Source of the DNA: Balanoglossus misakiensis
Taxonomy: Eukaryota; Animalia; Hemichordata
NCBI GenBank assembly: GCA_040954595.2
Contig: CM082579.2
Span: forward strand, 4,701,227-4,765,226
Length of the DNA stretch: 64,000 nt
Reading direction: 5' to 3'
The position numbers were made by a program, and so were the translations under genes. Under the pieces are notes generated by a model. That model was not told the origin of the DNA and did not search any database. It worked only from the letters and a program-made list of their open reading frames with translations. Positions 26,001-39,232 of this stretch are shown piece after piece. Each line of letters begins with the position of its first letter. Within the stretch, counting starts at the first letter, position 1.

Positions 26001-28736
26001 GTAGCACTCGAATTTGCCGTCTTCACACGCTGTAGAACAAATCACCAGCGTTAAAAACTAGTACACTTTTGCTCGAGCTTCTTTTAAAAATCTCGGAAAA
26101 GTTGCTGTCGGCAGACAACGTTTACTTTAGTACATGTACACATATTCATAGTCACCTACGATTTCCCTACTCAGAGCTACAGACGCTATTTTACACCCTG
26201 TGGTAACCTACCGCTACAGGAGAGTTCATCGGAGCCGTCATTGCAGTCATCCCAGTTGTCGCATTCCCACGCTTCCGGTATGCACTCGCCGTTGGCGCAG
26301 GTAAATTCGTCACTATCGCATCCTTGTATCGAGAAGCCAAAATGTTGTTGTCCGTTAGTACTACAAAGCTAACAAATTCATATCTTCTATGTGTGTTGTA
26401 ATCCGGTCTTGCGTTCACACGTTCTTCACAACTATACTGAGCTGAATGACCATCCATCCTGCCTCCCCTTGCACTTCGTGACTTTTGGGCAAAGTACATG
26501 TACACGACTGTGATGGGCGTGGTCATAATTGCTGAAAGCATTGTCGTCATTATTTACAAAAAAAAACTGAGAACGCCCGAGAGTTCAATTGCCATTTCTG
26601 TAAATTCTTGTTTATCAACCCGGTCCTTACCACAGTATTCTTCATCCGAGCCATCGTAGCAGTCAACCAGACCATCGCATTCCCAATATTCAGGTATACA
26701 GGCGCCACTGTCGCAAGCAAACTCGTAACTTTTGCATCCTTGTAGTGGGGGGAAACGATAGTTTAATAAAGCAAGTCGACCCTGGTACATGTTACATTAC
26801 GCTGTTATGTACACTGTCCTATAAAGTTAACTTACAATACTATATACAATGTACTATAATGAAGATATAATAGTGCAGTGTTAGTCATAGCGTGTAACTC
26901 TAGTAGGAAAATCGTTAATCTAAGAAAGAGTCCTTTTGAAATACACTTACCACAGTTAGCTTCGTCGGAGCCGTCATTGCAGTCATCCCATGAGTCGCAT
27001 TCCCATGTTGACGGTATGCAGTTGCCGTTGTCACAAGTAAAGTCACCATAACCACACACTTATACCAGGGGACACAGGAAGTATGTTAATTAATGTAGTG
27101 GCTTGCACGCGCAAGTATGTAATCAATAGGCGAATGTACACGCTCAGTCACTGATCGTACTTGGTTCTTTACGCCAGATGACAGTCACTAAAACAATTAT
27201 CTGAATATCACACTGTTATAGTATATTGATGTTAGTTTACGTACCTGACTTTATCAAGTTCTTACTAATTAATTCCCTGATGGTCTGGTCCCTGTAGTGC
27301 TGCCCACCTTAACGAGAAAAAAATCAGTGACATGTTTTCTTACAAAAAACGTCAAGCGACTAGTGTGCTGGTCACAGTGTTCACTATGAAGTTGGCAATC
27401 ATCGGAGCAGATCTAGAAATAGTTCGATAACTGAGTTTCCGAACAGTCCAAATTAAAATTAGTAAAATAGCGTGTAGTACGTACCTTTGTTAATCCCACT
27501 CAAGATTTTGGCAATCTTGCTCTCTCTACGCGCGAGTACATCAGATTTGACAGAATTCTTGGTGTTCTCCCCAAACACTTTCTTTAAACTATCTTCGTTT
27601 TTGGACATATCGTGTTCATTTAGTTTTATTCCAGGTCTATGCGCCTGTTTAAGTAACAGTGATGAAATCTCGTTTTTCTGAAAGATAAACACAGACGAGA
27701 CTTTACACAAGAAAGTACCCAGTATCCGCATGCGTTTCAAATGAAAACCAACACTTCTGGTATTTTGAAGTTTGATAACACACTGTCAGGAAAAAACATA
27801 TAGAAAGGGCTTTCCATTGATGTATCGCTCTTCGGTGCAAAAAATAACTATTTGACTAAGAAATTTACGATTAAAGACATGTTGTCACAAAGACTGTAAC
27901 AATGATATATCGAGCTCCAGTATTTCCAACTACAGGGTATGGAGCGTGCAGTGAATACTAATATTCCCATTACTTTTAGGGGTATGTGTGGAATTTTTAC
28001 CGGGGTCTTAAAAAGCCTAATGGGTACAGGTAAGGGTCGTCGGTCACGTTAAATATGGGTCCATTTGAGTACTGAATAAACCCCCCGCCGAGCGGAGTGT
28101 AAATATATTCGTCAGTTTTCATCCAATCTATGGCAATTTTCGGCGACCTGAATAAAAAAGTCGATCACGCACAATACCAAACGCCTTGTAAGGCGGATCG
28201 AAACACTGGGCGTAGGCGAAAGACAAGGTCGCCTTGACCACAACAATCACCATGTCCCCTTAATGACGCAAGTGGCCGATCGCTTTCAGGTCACACCTTG
28301 TCCGTGTGTTATGACTGGTTGTCATGCTCGACTGGCAATTGTGAATTTGGCGAAATTGTCGGCTGCTTGTGCCAAACCTGTCTCAACAACTGAGAGGGGT
28401 AATTTTTTCCGTTTTAAATTCTCCTCAAAACTAATGATGATATCAAAATACCGCGATGTCGCTACCCCAACAAACAAGGACAGGGTTCAAAATAAGTTAA
28501 CAAAAACGAACAAACAAGAGGCATTCACAGTTACGCCTCAAATACATTCTCTCTTTTCGTGAATCGTCTTTGCGCTGACATGATATACACAAAACACTTT
28601 TCAGGCGTACGGTGCACGACACTTTCACCTTCATATACATTCTTACCTTGCCAACGTGGGGCAAGTGGGCAGCTCCGCTCACTGCTGCTACGGCCACTAC
28701 GATGATAACTGCTCCGAGGTAGACGCGACGAGACAT
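23009..28736 (-). CDS. Secreted mosaic trypsin-like serine protease B (paralog of A): signal peptide, short basic region, 7 LDLa, TSP1, trypsin domain
   Basis: Exons 28736-28647 ([22 protein letters not shown]), 27677-27485 and 27307-27245; LDLa exons near 27000, 26680, 26270, 25970, 25580, 25330 and 25080; TSP1 ~24783-24615. Protease exons 24440-24257 (PRIVGG...AAHCFEG), ~24051-23768 (DNDIAL), ~23571-23422 (GIDSCQ) and ~23203-23009 (GDSGGP...). Protease intron positions match gene A. Confidence 0.9.
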
Positions 28737-30626
28737 TTTGCGAAATGCTTGGACAAATGTTACGGAGTTGGGACTTCAGCTTTTCACAAAGTTAACAGAC
28801 CGAACACAGTGTAACGTGTGCGCTATACGTGTACATTGAGCAGGGGACCTAAATTGAATGTGGTCGGTTGGGTGGGCTCTTGTGATTTTAATGCCGAGTA
28901 GATTTCACACAAACCTCTGAATGGGTACTCGAGACAAAGAGATCAGGTAAGATGCAGAGGTCGTTGCTATTGACAATACTAAGTGCAACTACTTAGAACC
29001 CAAGGCAATTTCTGAAAGAAAGTGCTAGTGTGATTATGATATAATGAACAAATGTATTTTATAGAAGTGGACATCCCCACAAACAATGTTAAAGCCCCGA
29101 GTTAAATAGCCACCAGATTGAAACAACGTTAACAGGAAAGATATCCAAAGATGTGTGGGCGGTGGTTTACAAAGTTTATGCTTGTTCGAATACTGAACAC
29201 GAAGAATACGAGGTATTAAATTCTTTTCGCAGTATCAATCACTGGTTGATAACTGTTCGAAAATTCGTAGCCTGACAACACTCAAAAGTTAAAAATAGAT
29301 AATTGCTATGATAGCGAAAGCTCAATTTCGCATTTTTCCTTTTAATATACAATGTACTGCATTACATTCCAAAAACGTAGTGTTATATTTGACTGGATAT
29401 TGTGAAAAATAATGAAATAAACTAACGACGTCTGTCCGCTCTGAGTATACGGTCATGTATGATGTGGGTGATCTGTCAAACTGTACTGTGTGCTCGCTTG
29501 TTGCCACCGTAAATCAGGGGAAGAACGCGCTAAATAAAAGCATCACTGATAAACGAGCATGATGCACTGGTCTTTATTTGGAAGTCCGCGGCATGAAAGT
29601 TATAAAAAATAGGCCTATACATTTTTCGTTTGTTGTAAGCACGTTTGGTGGTGGTGGTCAGGGGGTGACGTGTATTGACAAATGCAGATGGCGACGTCGA
29701 AAGAGCATTGTCCGATCCATATAGTGAACGAGCCCTATAGTCCACGAAACGGGGCAATCAACAGGTGGTCGTCAGGAGGCGATGACAAATTTCGCCCGTT
29801 CCCTATCATCATGTGATACTTCATATGCCATACGTTTTAACGATTCGCTCCATCAGTTTTTTTGGTTTCGTATAGACAATAAAACCCCAAAAGTAAGCAG
29901 GTAATAATACTATCACTCAACCATTGACTAAAACAGCCCAGGCACGGATAGTCTAGACATCGTTTCGAAGTCCACATTTGCGTACAGGCGAAATGATATA
30001 TGTGTATGTAGTTTCTGTAGACAGTCCTGACAGTAATAGTGATTGTATTGCTATTTGTAGTGTTGTGTATCATTCATTACACACCATCTGGTTGTTGGCA
30101 ATATACAACTGCCTGTATTAGAAAATCAGACACTCACCCAGTTTAAGTTTGATAACAAAATTTTATTTTTTGCTTTTGATGATCAGCATGGACAAGAGTG
30201 GTAGCTAGTTTCCAACAGACACTGGTACAAAGTGTTCATCAAAGAATGCCTACAAATTTACAATGATGTGAAGGGGATTTGAACATGAGGCTCACCCTGT
30301 TCCCTTGACAAATGTTTTTACATCACAACATTTTACAAGATGCACAACAGTACACTATGTTGCTGCATAGATGGAAATAGAGCGTAAAAACCACTTCTTG
30401 ATACCATGACAGACAAATTAATCTGGGTTGACAAAATCATATTTCCTGGATTCTAGGGTGTAAATAATTGGGTTTTTTTTTACTGCGAGGCTTCTATTCC
30501 AACTGCCCTGTTGCTAAAATGGAATAAATACTGATAAAGCATTGAACTGACACAGCTGGACAAGGATGTCTACACATTAGAAAAGCAACCCCAAACTCCC
30601 CCTCCAAAAATGCAATTTTTTCCCTT

Positions 30627-32183
<1,557 letters not shown>

Positions 32184-32529
32184 GTTGATGGATCTATCCA
32201 CATAAACAAATCACAAGAACGACAAGTAGTGAGCAGAGAGATGATGTACACCTTGGGCTTGGCTCCAACCTTGGTCCAACACCAGTACACCACCCCTGTC
32301 AGTGAGTGAGTGAATGAGTGAGTCACTGAGTGTCAGTCACTCAGCAGGTAAGTCACGGAGTCAGTAGTTAGTACTCATCCGCGAAAAATTGTTCAACACT
32401 AACCTGGTTTCTACGTGAATACCTCCTTCCGGAGAATTGGTGAAAGTCCCTTTCCCGAGTTATGTGAGTACCTATAAGCTAAATTTTGTTCCGAATATAT
32501 TTACAAAACAAACCATACTTCGTATTTCA

Positions 32530-32868
32530 CGGTGAATGGCGGAAGTGATAAGTGCGCACGCGCAAGACACGTTTCACAGCTCCCCCAGAATGGTGATAGA
32601 AAATGAATATCCAATCAAAGAAACATTTTACGTGTAACTTTACATATTGACTGCAGTCTTGTCTCTTTCTAGTATGTTTTGGAAAATGATAAGCCATTCA
32701 TTGAGTCTAAAAGTGAAACATTTACAGTACATCACCACAGCCTAACAAATTGATAGGTAGAAAATCAAAATTTTAAAGGAGCTAGGTTGTCTTTGTATGA
32801 CCTTTCTGTGACCTTTTTTCCCAGCATACCTTGAGTCAGTCTCTTTGGACGGCCATCATTGACTGCAG
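32530..32868. promoter_or_regulatory. Bidirectional YIPF5/RPL9 promoter and RPL9 non-coding first exon with a 5'-TOP-like start
   Basis: GGCGGAAGTG (ETS-like) and TGCGCACGCGC (NRF1-like) at ~32538-32562; TGACCT repeats at ~32798-32815; pyrimidine start TCTCTTT at ~32840 followed by donor CAG|GTACG at 32868. Confidence 0.6.
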
Positions 32869-33447
32869 GTACGATGAAGTTGAGGTTACCGATGGAAATC
32901 GAATAGAATCTTACAGATGCTGTATCATCGGCGTTACGTTGTAGAGTAATTCTAAAGAATAGATTCCTCTTTATCTATGATGCAAAGGAAATACGTTGTA
33001 ATGCGACTCATCCTAAAATAAATTCAATAATCCAAAGATACCAACACAAACAAGGCATGTCAACATTGAAATGTTAGGATCATGTATGCGGCTTTAAAAA
33101 AAGTGTATTGGTTAATGCACACCAGTTACAATGTAATTAAGAAAGTGCTATACTAAGATGTATCAGTGGACCCACTGTATGCAACATCATTGTGAACTTG
33201 AATAAGAAAGTGGGGATGTCTTGTTTTACTGTTGGTAATGAAGAAGTTCATTTCCCCATCCCATTTCATGTTCCCAGTTTCATATTGTGTGTTTGACTGA
33301 TGCATGGGAAGAACAAGTGGAGTGTGGCTCGTCTGTGTCTTGGTGAATCATTTGAGTTTCAAAGTTACACTACAGCTAGATAGCTGACGACCATACAGCA
33401 ATAAATGAGTTCATACTAAGGTTGTTGGTGTTTCTTTCTTTACAGTC

Positions 33448-34744
33448 ATGAAGACCATACAGTCAAGCCGAACCGTCACTATTCCTAAGGAAGGTGAGTG
33501 CTTCATCAGCAATAATTGTAGTCCTGGGGCTGTGGGGTTAGGGTTGGCATGAATGACACCCCAAGGGCTACAACCGTGCGTGCGTGCGTGTGTGTGTGTG
33601 TGTGTGTGTGAGAGAGGGAGGGAGAGTGAGAGAGACACCAGTCTGTCATAGGCAAATCCCTCCACCCTAACCAAATGGCCATCAGTGATACTTCAGGCTT
33701 GCATAATTACTGACCCAGCTTTTTGCATGGATGACAGTATGGTGTTTTCTTTTTCTTGTTTTGATACAGTGGACATTTCTATCAAGTGCCGAACAGTAAC
33801 GGTCAAGGGACCACGTGGCACCTTGGTCAGGAACTTCAACCACTTGCGGGTTGAACTGAAGAAAATCGGCACGAACAAAATCCGAGTGGACAAGTGGTTT
33901 GGAAACCGCAAGGAATTGGCCTGTGTCCGCACAATATGCAGCCACATTGAGAACATGATCAAGGGAGTTACAGTGGTAAGTTTGCTATAGCATGGGATCC
34001 CTCACCGGAGCGAGAGAAGAAAATGACCAAACTGTTACATCTCAGCTCCAATAACTCTGATAGCCTTCAGCAAAATAATTAGTAAACCGTCAAAGTGGTA
34101 AAACAGTGTGTTTGGCTGTAGTTTTTATACTCTCAGAACACTGAAATGCATGATTGGAGGATGCTGTCTCGGCCATTTCTTGTGACATGGGGTGAGATAT
34201 ATGTGGCAATGAATTTACCGCAGCACTGACCAGTGTCCATTCTCTTATCCGACAGGGTTTCCTTTACAAGATGAGGTCTGTGTATGCCCATTTCCCAATC
34301 AACTGCAACGTGCAGGAAAACAACACAATGATCGAAATCCGTAACTTCCTGGGCGAGAAGGTGATCCGTCACGTCAGGATGCGAGATGGAGTCACCGTGA
34401 CGCTGTCGCAAAAGCAGAAAGATGAGATCATTCTGGAAGGAAACGACATTGAACGAGTGTCAAACTCAGGTGAGTATTCTTTTCTGAGGGGGGGGGGGTG
34501 TCTAACTTGCACTTTCAAATTCAGCAACACTTAGCTGTTGCTCTCTTTTGGCCAGGGTAATTATAATACTACACATAAGTACTCAGTTTTGATATATTTC
34601 TGCACTTTTTCTGACCGCTTGTTTTCTTTTTCTTTTTCAGCTGCCCTGATTCAACAGTCTGTCAAGGTGAAAAACAAGGATATCCGTAAATTTTTGGATG
34701 GTATCTATGTATCAGAAAAGACCACGGTGGTTGTTGAGGAGTAG
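33448..34744 (+). CDS. RPL9: 60S ribosomal protein L9 (uL6)
   Basis: Exons 33448-33493, 33770-33975, 34256-34469 and 34641-34744. Motifs [50 protein letters not shown] and [23 protein letters not shown] at ~34806. Confidence 0.98.
33576..33635. repeat. (GTGC)n(GT)n(GA)n compound microsatellite in an RPL9 intron
   Basis: Direct reading. Confidence 0.85.
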
Positions 34745-36873
34745 TGGAACCTTGGACAGGGGAAACAATATGTATTAAAATAATTTGTGCATCTTTCACT
34801 AAAAAAATAAAGCTGCTCATGTCCAAATGTTATAGTGTGTTGTATATATCCCCATCTTTTGACATTGAGATTTTGACTGTGTGTGTGGTTGTAGTGCAGC
34901 ACTGTCAGAGGGACTGGTAAAACACTAATGCCTATCTTTTGAAAAACTTGTGCATGGCCAGGGGATAAGAAGGGTCCAGAGCAGAGAGATCCCCATGACT
35001 TGTATACCCAATGAATTGGAATGAGGGAATTACTTTCTGTGCAGCGAAAGTTGTTTTTTCATAATCCATGATGGACTGATACATGAAAGAGGGAACACAT
35101 GCCAGCAGATACTACTTGGGTAAATTGTAATAAATAATGCTTTTATTCAAAGATTACCTTCCCAAATACAGTAGTGTAAGTAAACTTGTGCAAGGTGGTA
35201 TATTACAAAAGTCATTCATTCAAAATACCAGGGAGAAAAAATATTCTCATAATTGGGGAAAATTCCACTCATTCATGACAGTGAATGCCATGTTTTGCAA
35301 TAGGGAAGTGGCATCTGAATTCAACTGAAGATGGTAATGGGACTTTTGAGATTATCTAACCTCTTCAGGTCTTAACCCAAATACATTCAGGGAAAAATAG
35401 GTAATGTCATAAGAGGCTTGAGAGAGACTTGGGTATTCTTTCAATGGAAGGTAACATTGATGTTTGAGTTGATTCTCAACACAAATAATACCGGTAATCA
35501 TTATCTCTGATTACATTGGAATGTGTACTCCCAAAACATACTGTAGTAATAGTAAAACAAGTACATTCAAGGTTCTGGAAAAATTGCACTTGAAAATGGA
35601 CTTGACAATAATCATCTTTGTCAAAATTAACAAAGATCGGTATTTTTATCCAGTATTTAACCAACCCACTAACCATATAAAAACAAGAGAAAAAAGGTAG
35701 AAGTCCCCTACAAGTATTAAAACAAATTCTGGACCTAAATTACACATCTAAGTAGTCTTTTTAAATTTTTTACAGCAATAACTCGAAAAATCATAATTCA
35801 TTTTAAAATAACCTATAATATAATGGCTGATAAATTCTAACACACATATCAATCATAGTGCTAACCAGGGTTGGTCACCCGTGACATATTTCTATGGTTG
35901 GTGGGTGGATATCCCAGGTGATGATCTACAAACCACAGAAAATTACTTGTATCTTTGTACAATTTCATTTATTAACCAGCAAAACTCCATAGCTCATGAA
36001 AGTAGACTAATCCTACTTTAAACTGTGGGGTGGATGTATGAACAATGACAGCATGGAGAGGATTTAATTAAAATGATAAGTAATTACTGTCACCATTGGG
36101 AAAAAAGTCTTACACTACACCTAATCTAAAACGTGGAGGATCAAATTCGATCAAGCTCATAGTACTGGCAGTATAATCGACATTTAAGTTGTCCGCACAA
36201 TGCGCGAGAAGTCCCTACACTACACCATGAGCACTTGTATTGATATATACATAAAGTGTGAAATATGAAAAGAGAAAGTAACAGCATTGGTTTAAGTAAA
36301 AAGGAAAAAGCACCCCTCACATGTGCAAACCTGATAGTTCATCATGAAATTGTTGAGTTCAATAAATCTGATATGCCATATCCCCTGCAGTGTACTGTTT
36401 GGGGAAATTGTTGTGCTGCTACAGTGCTTATAACCTTGCATCCAATACTGTTATTGAAGCGCTACCACTAATAGTAGTAGCATGGGAAAGTAAATTGATC
36501 TTTACTGACTACATTGGCAACAGATTCAGACTCTTGAGGAATTGTCCTGCTAGTTTCTGCAAAATACTAGTCCACGCCTGTAATTTGGCCATGCAGTTGG
36601 GAACTCCATATAAAAGAATTTTCAAGTATATTTTTTTTCTAAATGAGTGCTGCAATGTCAGGATGTTACACCAAACTTTGTGCCCTCTTTATACTCCCCT
36701 CTCCCCCCCCCTCCCTCCCCCAAAGCACCATTTCCCCTCTGAAACATGCATTTTATGAACGATGATGTATACGCTGGGAAAACACTCCACTGGCAAGACG
36801 CAGTCTGTCTGGTTTTGTCAGAAATTCTCCGCTGTACCACCATGGAGACTCGCTCACAATCCACACGACATTT

Positions 36874-39020
36874 TCAGGAGTGGGTGTGCGACAGGATCAT
36901 CCAGCCGATAATGAAGTAGAACAAGCACATGGGATAAACGGCTAGCGACTTCCTGTTCACCGGTTGACTGTCGGCAAGAAATGCCATGGACGCTGGGATG
37001 AAATGAGGGAAAGAAGGGAAGTTCATTAGTACACATTATTTTTTCCCAGTTATAACACAGTGCAATTAAGTTACAAAAAATAACATTTTATGCGGTGCCT
37101 TGTGGAAATGCAAATAATGTTCAAACGTGAAGTACTGGGTGACAAACGTATGCAGATTCCAACATCAGTCAATTATAAAGTCTTGAATGGATTCTTACCT
37201 ACAGTTGACCAGACAAATGCCGCAAATACTAAGACAAATCTGATGACGAATAGTGCTGTTGTTTGGTGCGCCATTAAAACTAGCCTACAGACTATAGATG
37301 CTATATTGAGGGGCAGAACACAGTAACCCAACACACATACGCTCTGAAAGAAGGATCTGAAATAGAGCACAAACACAGGGGTTAGAGTGTAAACAAGTTT
37401 TTAAAATCAAGTTTTATCTAGAATTTATTATTTCTGTTCAGAAAAAAGAAATGAGCAAATCTTACATTGTTCCACCTAAGAGCTGTGAGTTTAGTGTAAC
37501 AATGACAGCGCCCCCTGTGACAATGACGAAAACCTCCGCAAACTGTGGACCGCCATCGTCTGTGTCATTCGCTGATGAACCCTGCAACATCCTGGCAGTG
37601 GTGGGGGAAATAAATAACAGTGAGTAAGAATTTCACAACTCTCCACGAAAATTAATTTCTTACAAGAATTATTTCAGTTCCAGCATGTTTTACAAGTATC
37701 ACTGTGATCTCAAGTGATCTCTTTCTAAGCCCACTGTTTCCGATTGGTCTGTAATATAGGAAGGGTAGAGTATAGAACAGAACCGATGTACTTACATTCC
37801 TAGCAATATACACAAAACAAGTGGACCCCAAAGATCCCCTGTGAAGTAAGAGAGTAAAGAGAGATACGGATTTACATGACTCCGATGTAAGCTTTGTTGG
37901 AACACTTTTTCAAAGCATTATAAGCCACTCTTGATATCAAATCGTCACAATTACTGTATGGTATAAAACAATATTTAGACAATATTGTACTCACATTCTC
38001 TAAGTAATGTTTTACTTTGCCTTGGCCAAAGCACATGAAAGAATTTTATTCCAACTGCTTTTAAATCTCTTTTCTGTAAGAATAAAAAATGAAACAGTCA
38101 TGACTCCAACCTGTTGTTGACCCAGGGTTAGCAAATCGCAAATGAAGATATGATCTTTACGGTACTGTACTACTCTCATAGAGTCTTCACATTTATTTGC
38201 TACTTACAATTGTAACTGTGACAGGCTCATCTAATGTGGACAATTCATCTCCTTCCTCATCTGGCGCTCCCGGTACTGTAATATCGCCCTCTATAGGGTG
38301 CTCCAGGGCAAGATCTGTCATACCCTGAAAATATACAGGTTTCAAACCAGAATTTTAAAAAATAGGAAGATGCCCGTCTAACTTTTAAAAAACATATAAT
38401 TACATCATGGTTCACCCATATTACATCATGAGTTTAACTTGCTGCTACTGTATTTTGCCACGTATTGACTTCCAAAACAGACAGAGAACCAGATTGGACA
38501 GTTGAATAGAATCAACTAGTGATTTCACCCTTGATTCTATTGAGTTGAGTTGATTCTATTCAACTGTCCAATCTGATTCTCTGTCTGTTTTATGTAAATT
38601 GCACCCTCCCCTCAAATTCACACGAAAAAGTTACTCAACCTTGGTTACATTTTTGACTTTTAAAATCTGTTCATAATTTAGGCCATGTCGCTTAATGCCA
38701 GTCGTCGAGAGCAATGGTGTACACAATGGATACATGTACGCCAGTCACAGCTGCAGATGACGTGGACGCACAGATACACGTTACAATCGGCTGTGTGAGT
38801 AATGCATTGATTCAGCGCAACATCGTCCCGGTCCCATGGCCGTAAGAATAGATGGTAACTAATGCCTCCATCAAATTGAAAGAAAAAAATACTACAAAGA
38901 GTAGTTCGTTCCGCCAACCTGTAGTTAATCCACACTGAAAGTCTCCAAAAGGTCAAAGAAATAGGTTTACAAGAATAAAATGCGTCAACTCACATCTTTC
39001 GCGTTCAGGTCGTCCGCCAT
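36874..39020 (-). CDS. YIPF6: Yip1 domain family member 6
   Basis: Approximate exons: 39020-38994 (MADDLNAKD), 38324-38208 (STLDEPV), 38074-37996 (RDLKAVGIKFFHVLWP), 37838-37796 (WDLWGPLVLC), 37592-37466 (GPQFAEVFVIV...TLNSQLLGG), 37356-37199 (SFFQSVCVLGYCVLPL) and 36992-36874 (RKSLAVYPMCLFYF...*). Confidence 0.93.
38474..38591. repeat. Foldback inverted repeat (44-bp arms) in YIPF6 intron 1
   Basis: AAAACAGACAGAGAACCAGATTGGACAGTTGAATAGAATCAACT (38474-38517) pairs with 38548-38591 with one mismatch; 30-nt spacer. Confidence 0.9.
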
Positions 39021-39232
39021 GTTGGAAAAGCCCTGAAATGAACTCAAAGAGTAGGAGCGCATGCGTAATATAGTGCACCTCGGGAAGGGGAATCCCTTGT
39101 CTACTTCCTGTTTCAACCACGGGCAACGTGTACACACACACACACCTCCCGGCGTGCACACTTTTATAAGCACTCTGCCATTTGCTGTACTCACACTTTC
39201 TAGCATGTATTTGTAGCAATCACTTTGGAGAT
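39021..39232. promoter_or_regulatory. Bidirectional YIPF6/CCDC134 promoter
   Basis: Divergent ATGs about 210 bp apart; NRF1-like GCGCATGCGT (~39057) and ETS-like ACTTCCTG (~39103). Confidence 0.6.

Noticed and set aside
33100-33320. H/ACA snoRNA-like hairpins in RPL9 intron 1
   Set aside because: Hairpins and an ACA are present, but I could not place a correctly positioned H box between two full-size hairpins.
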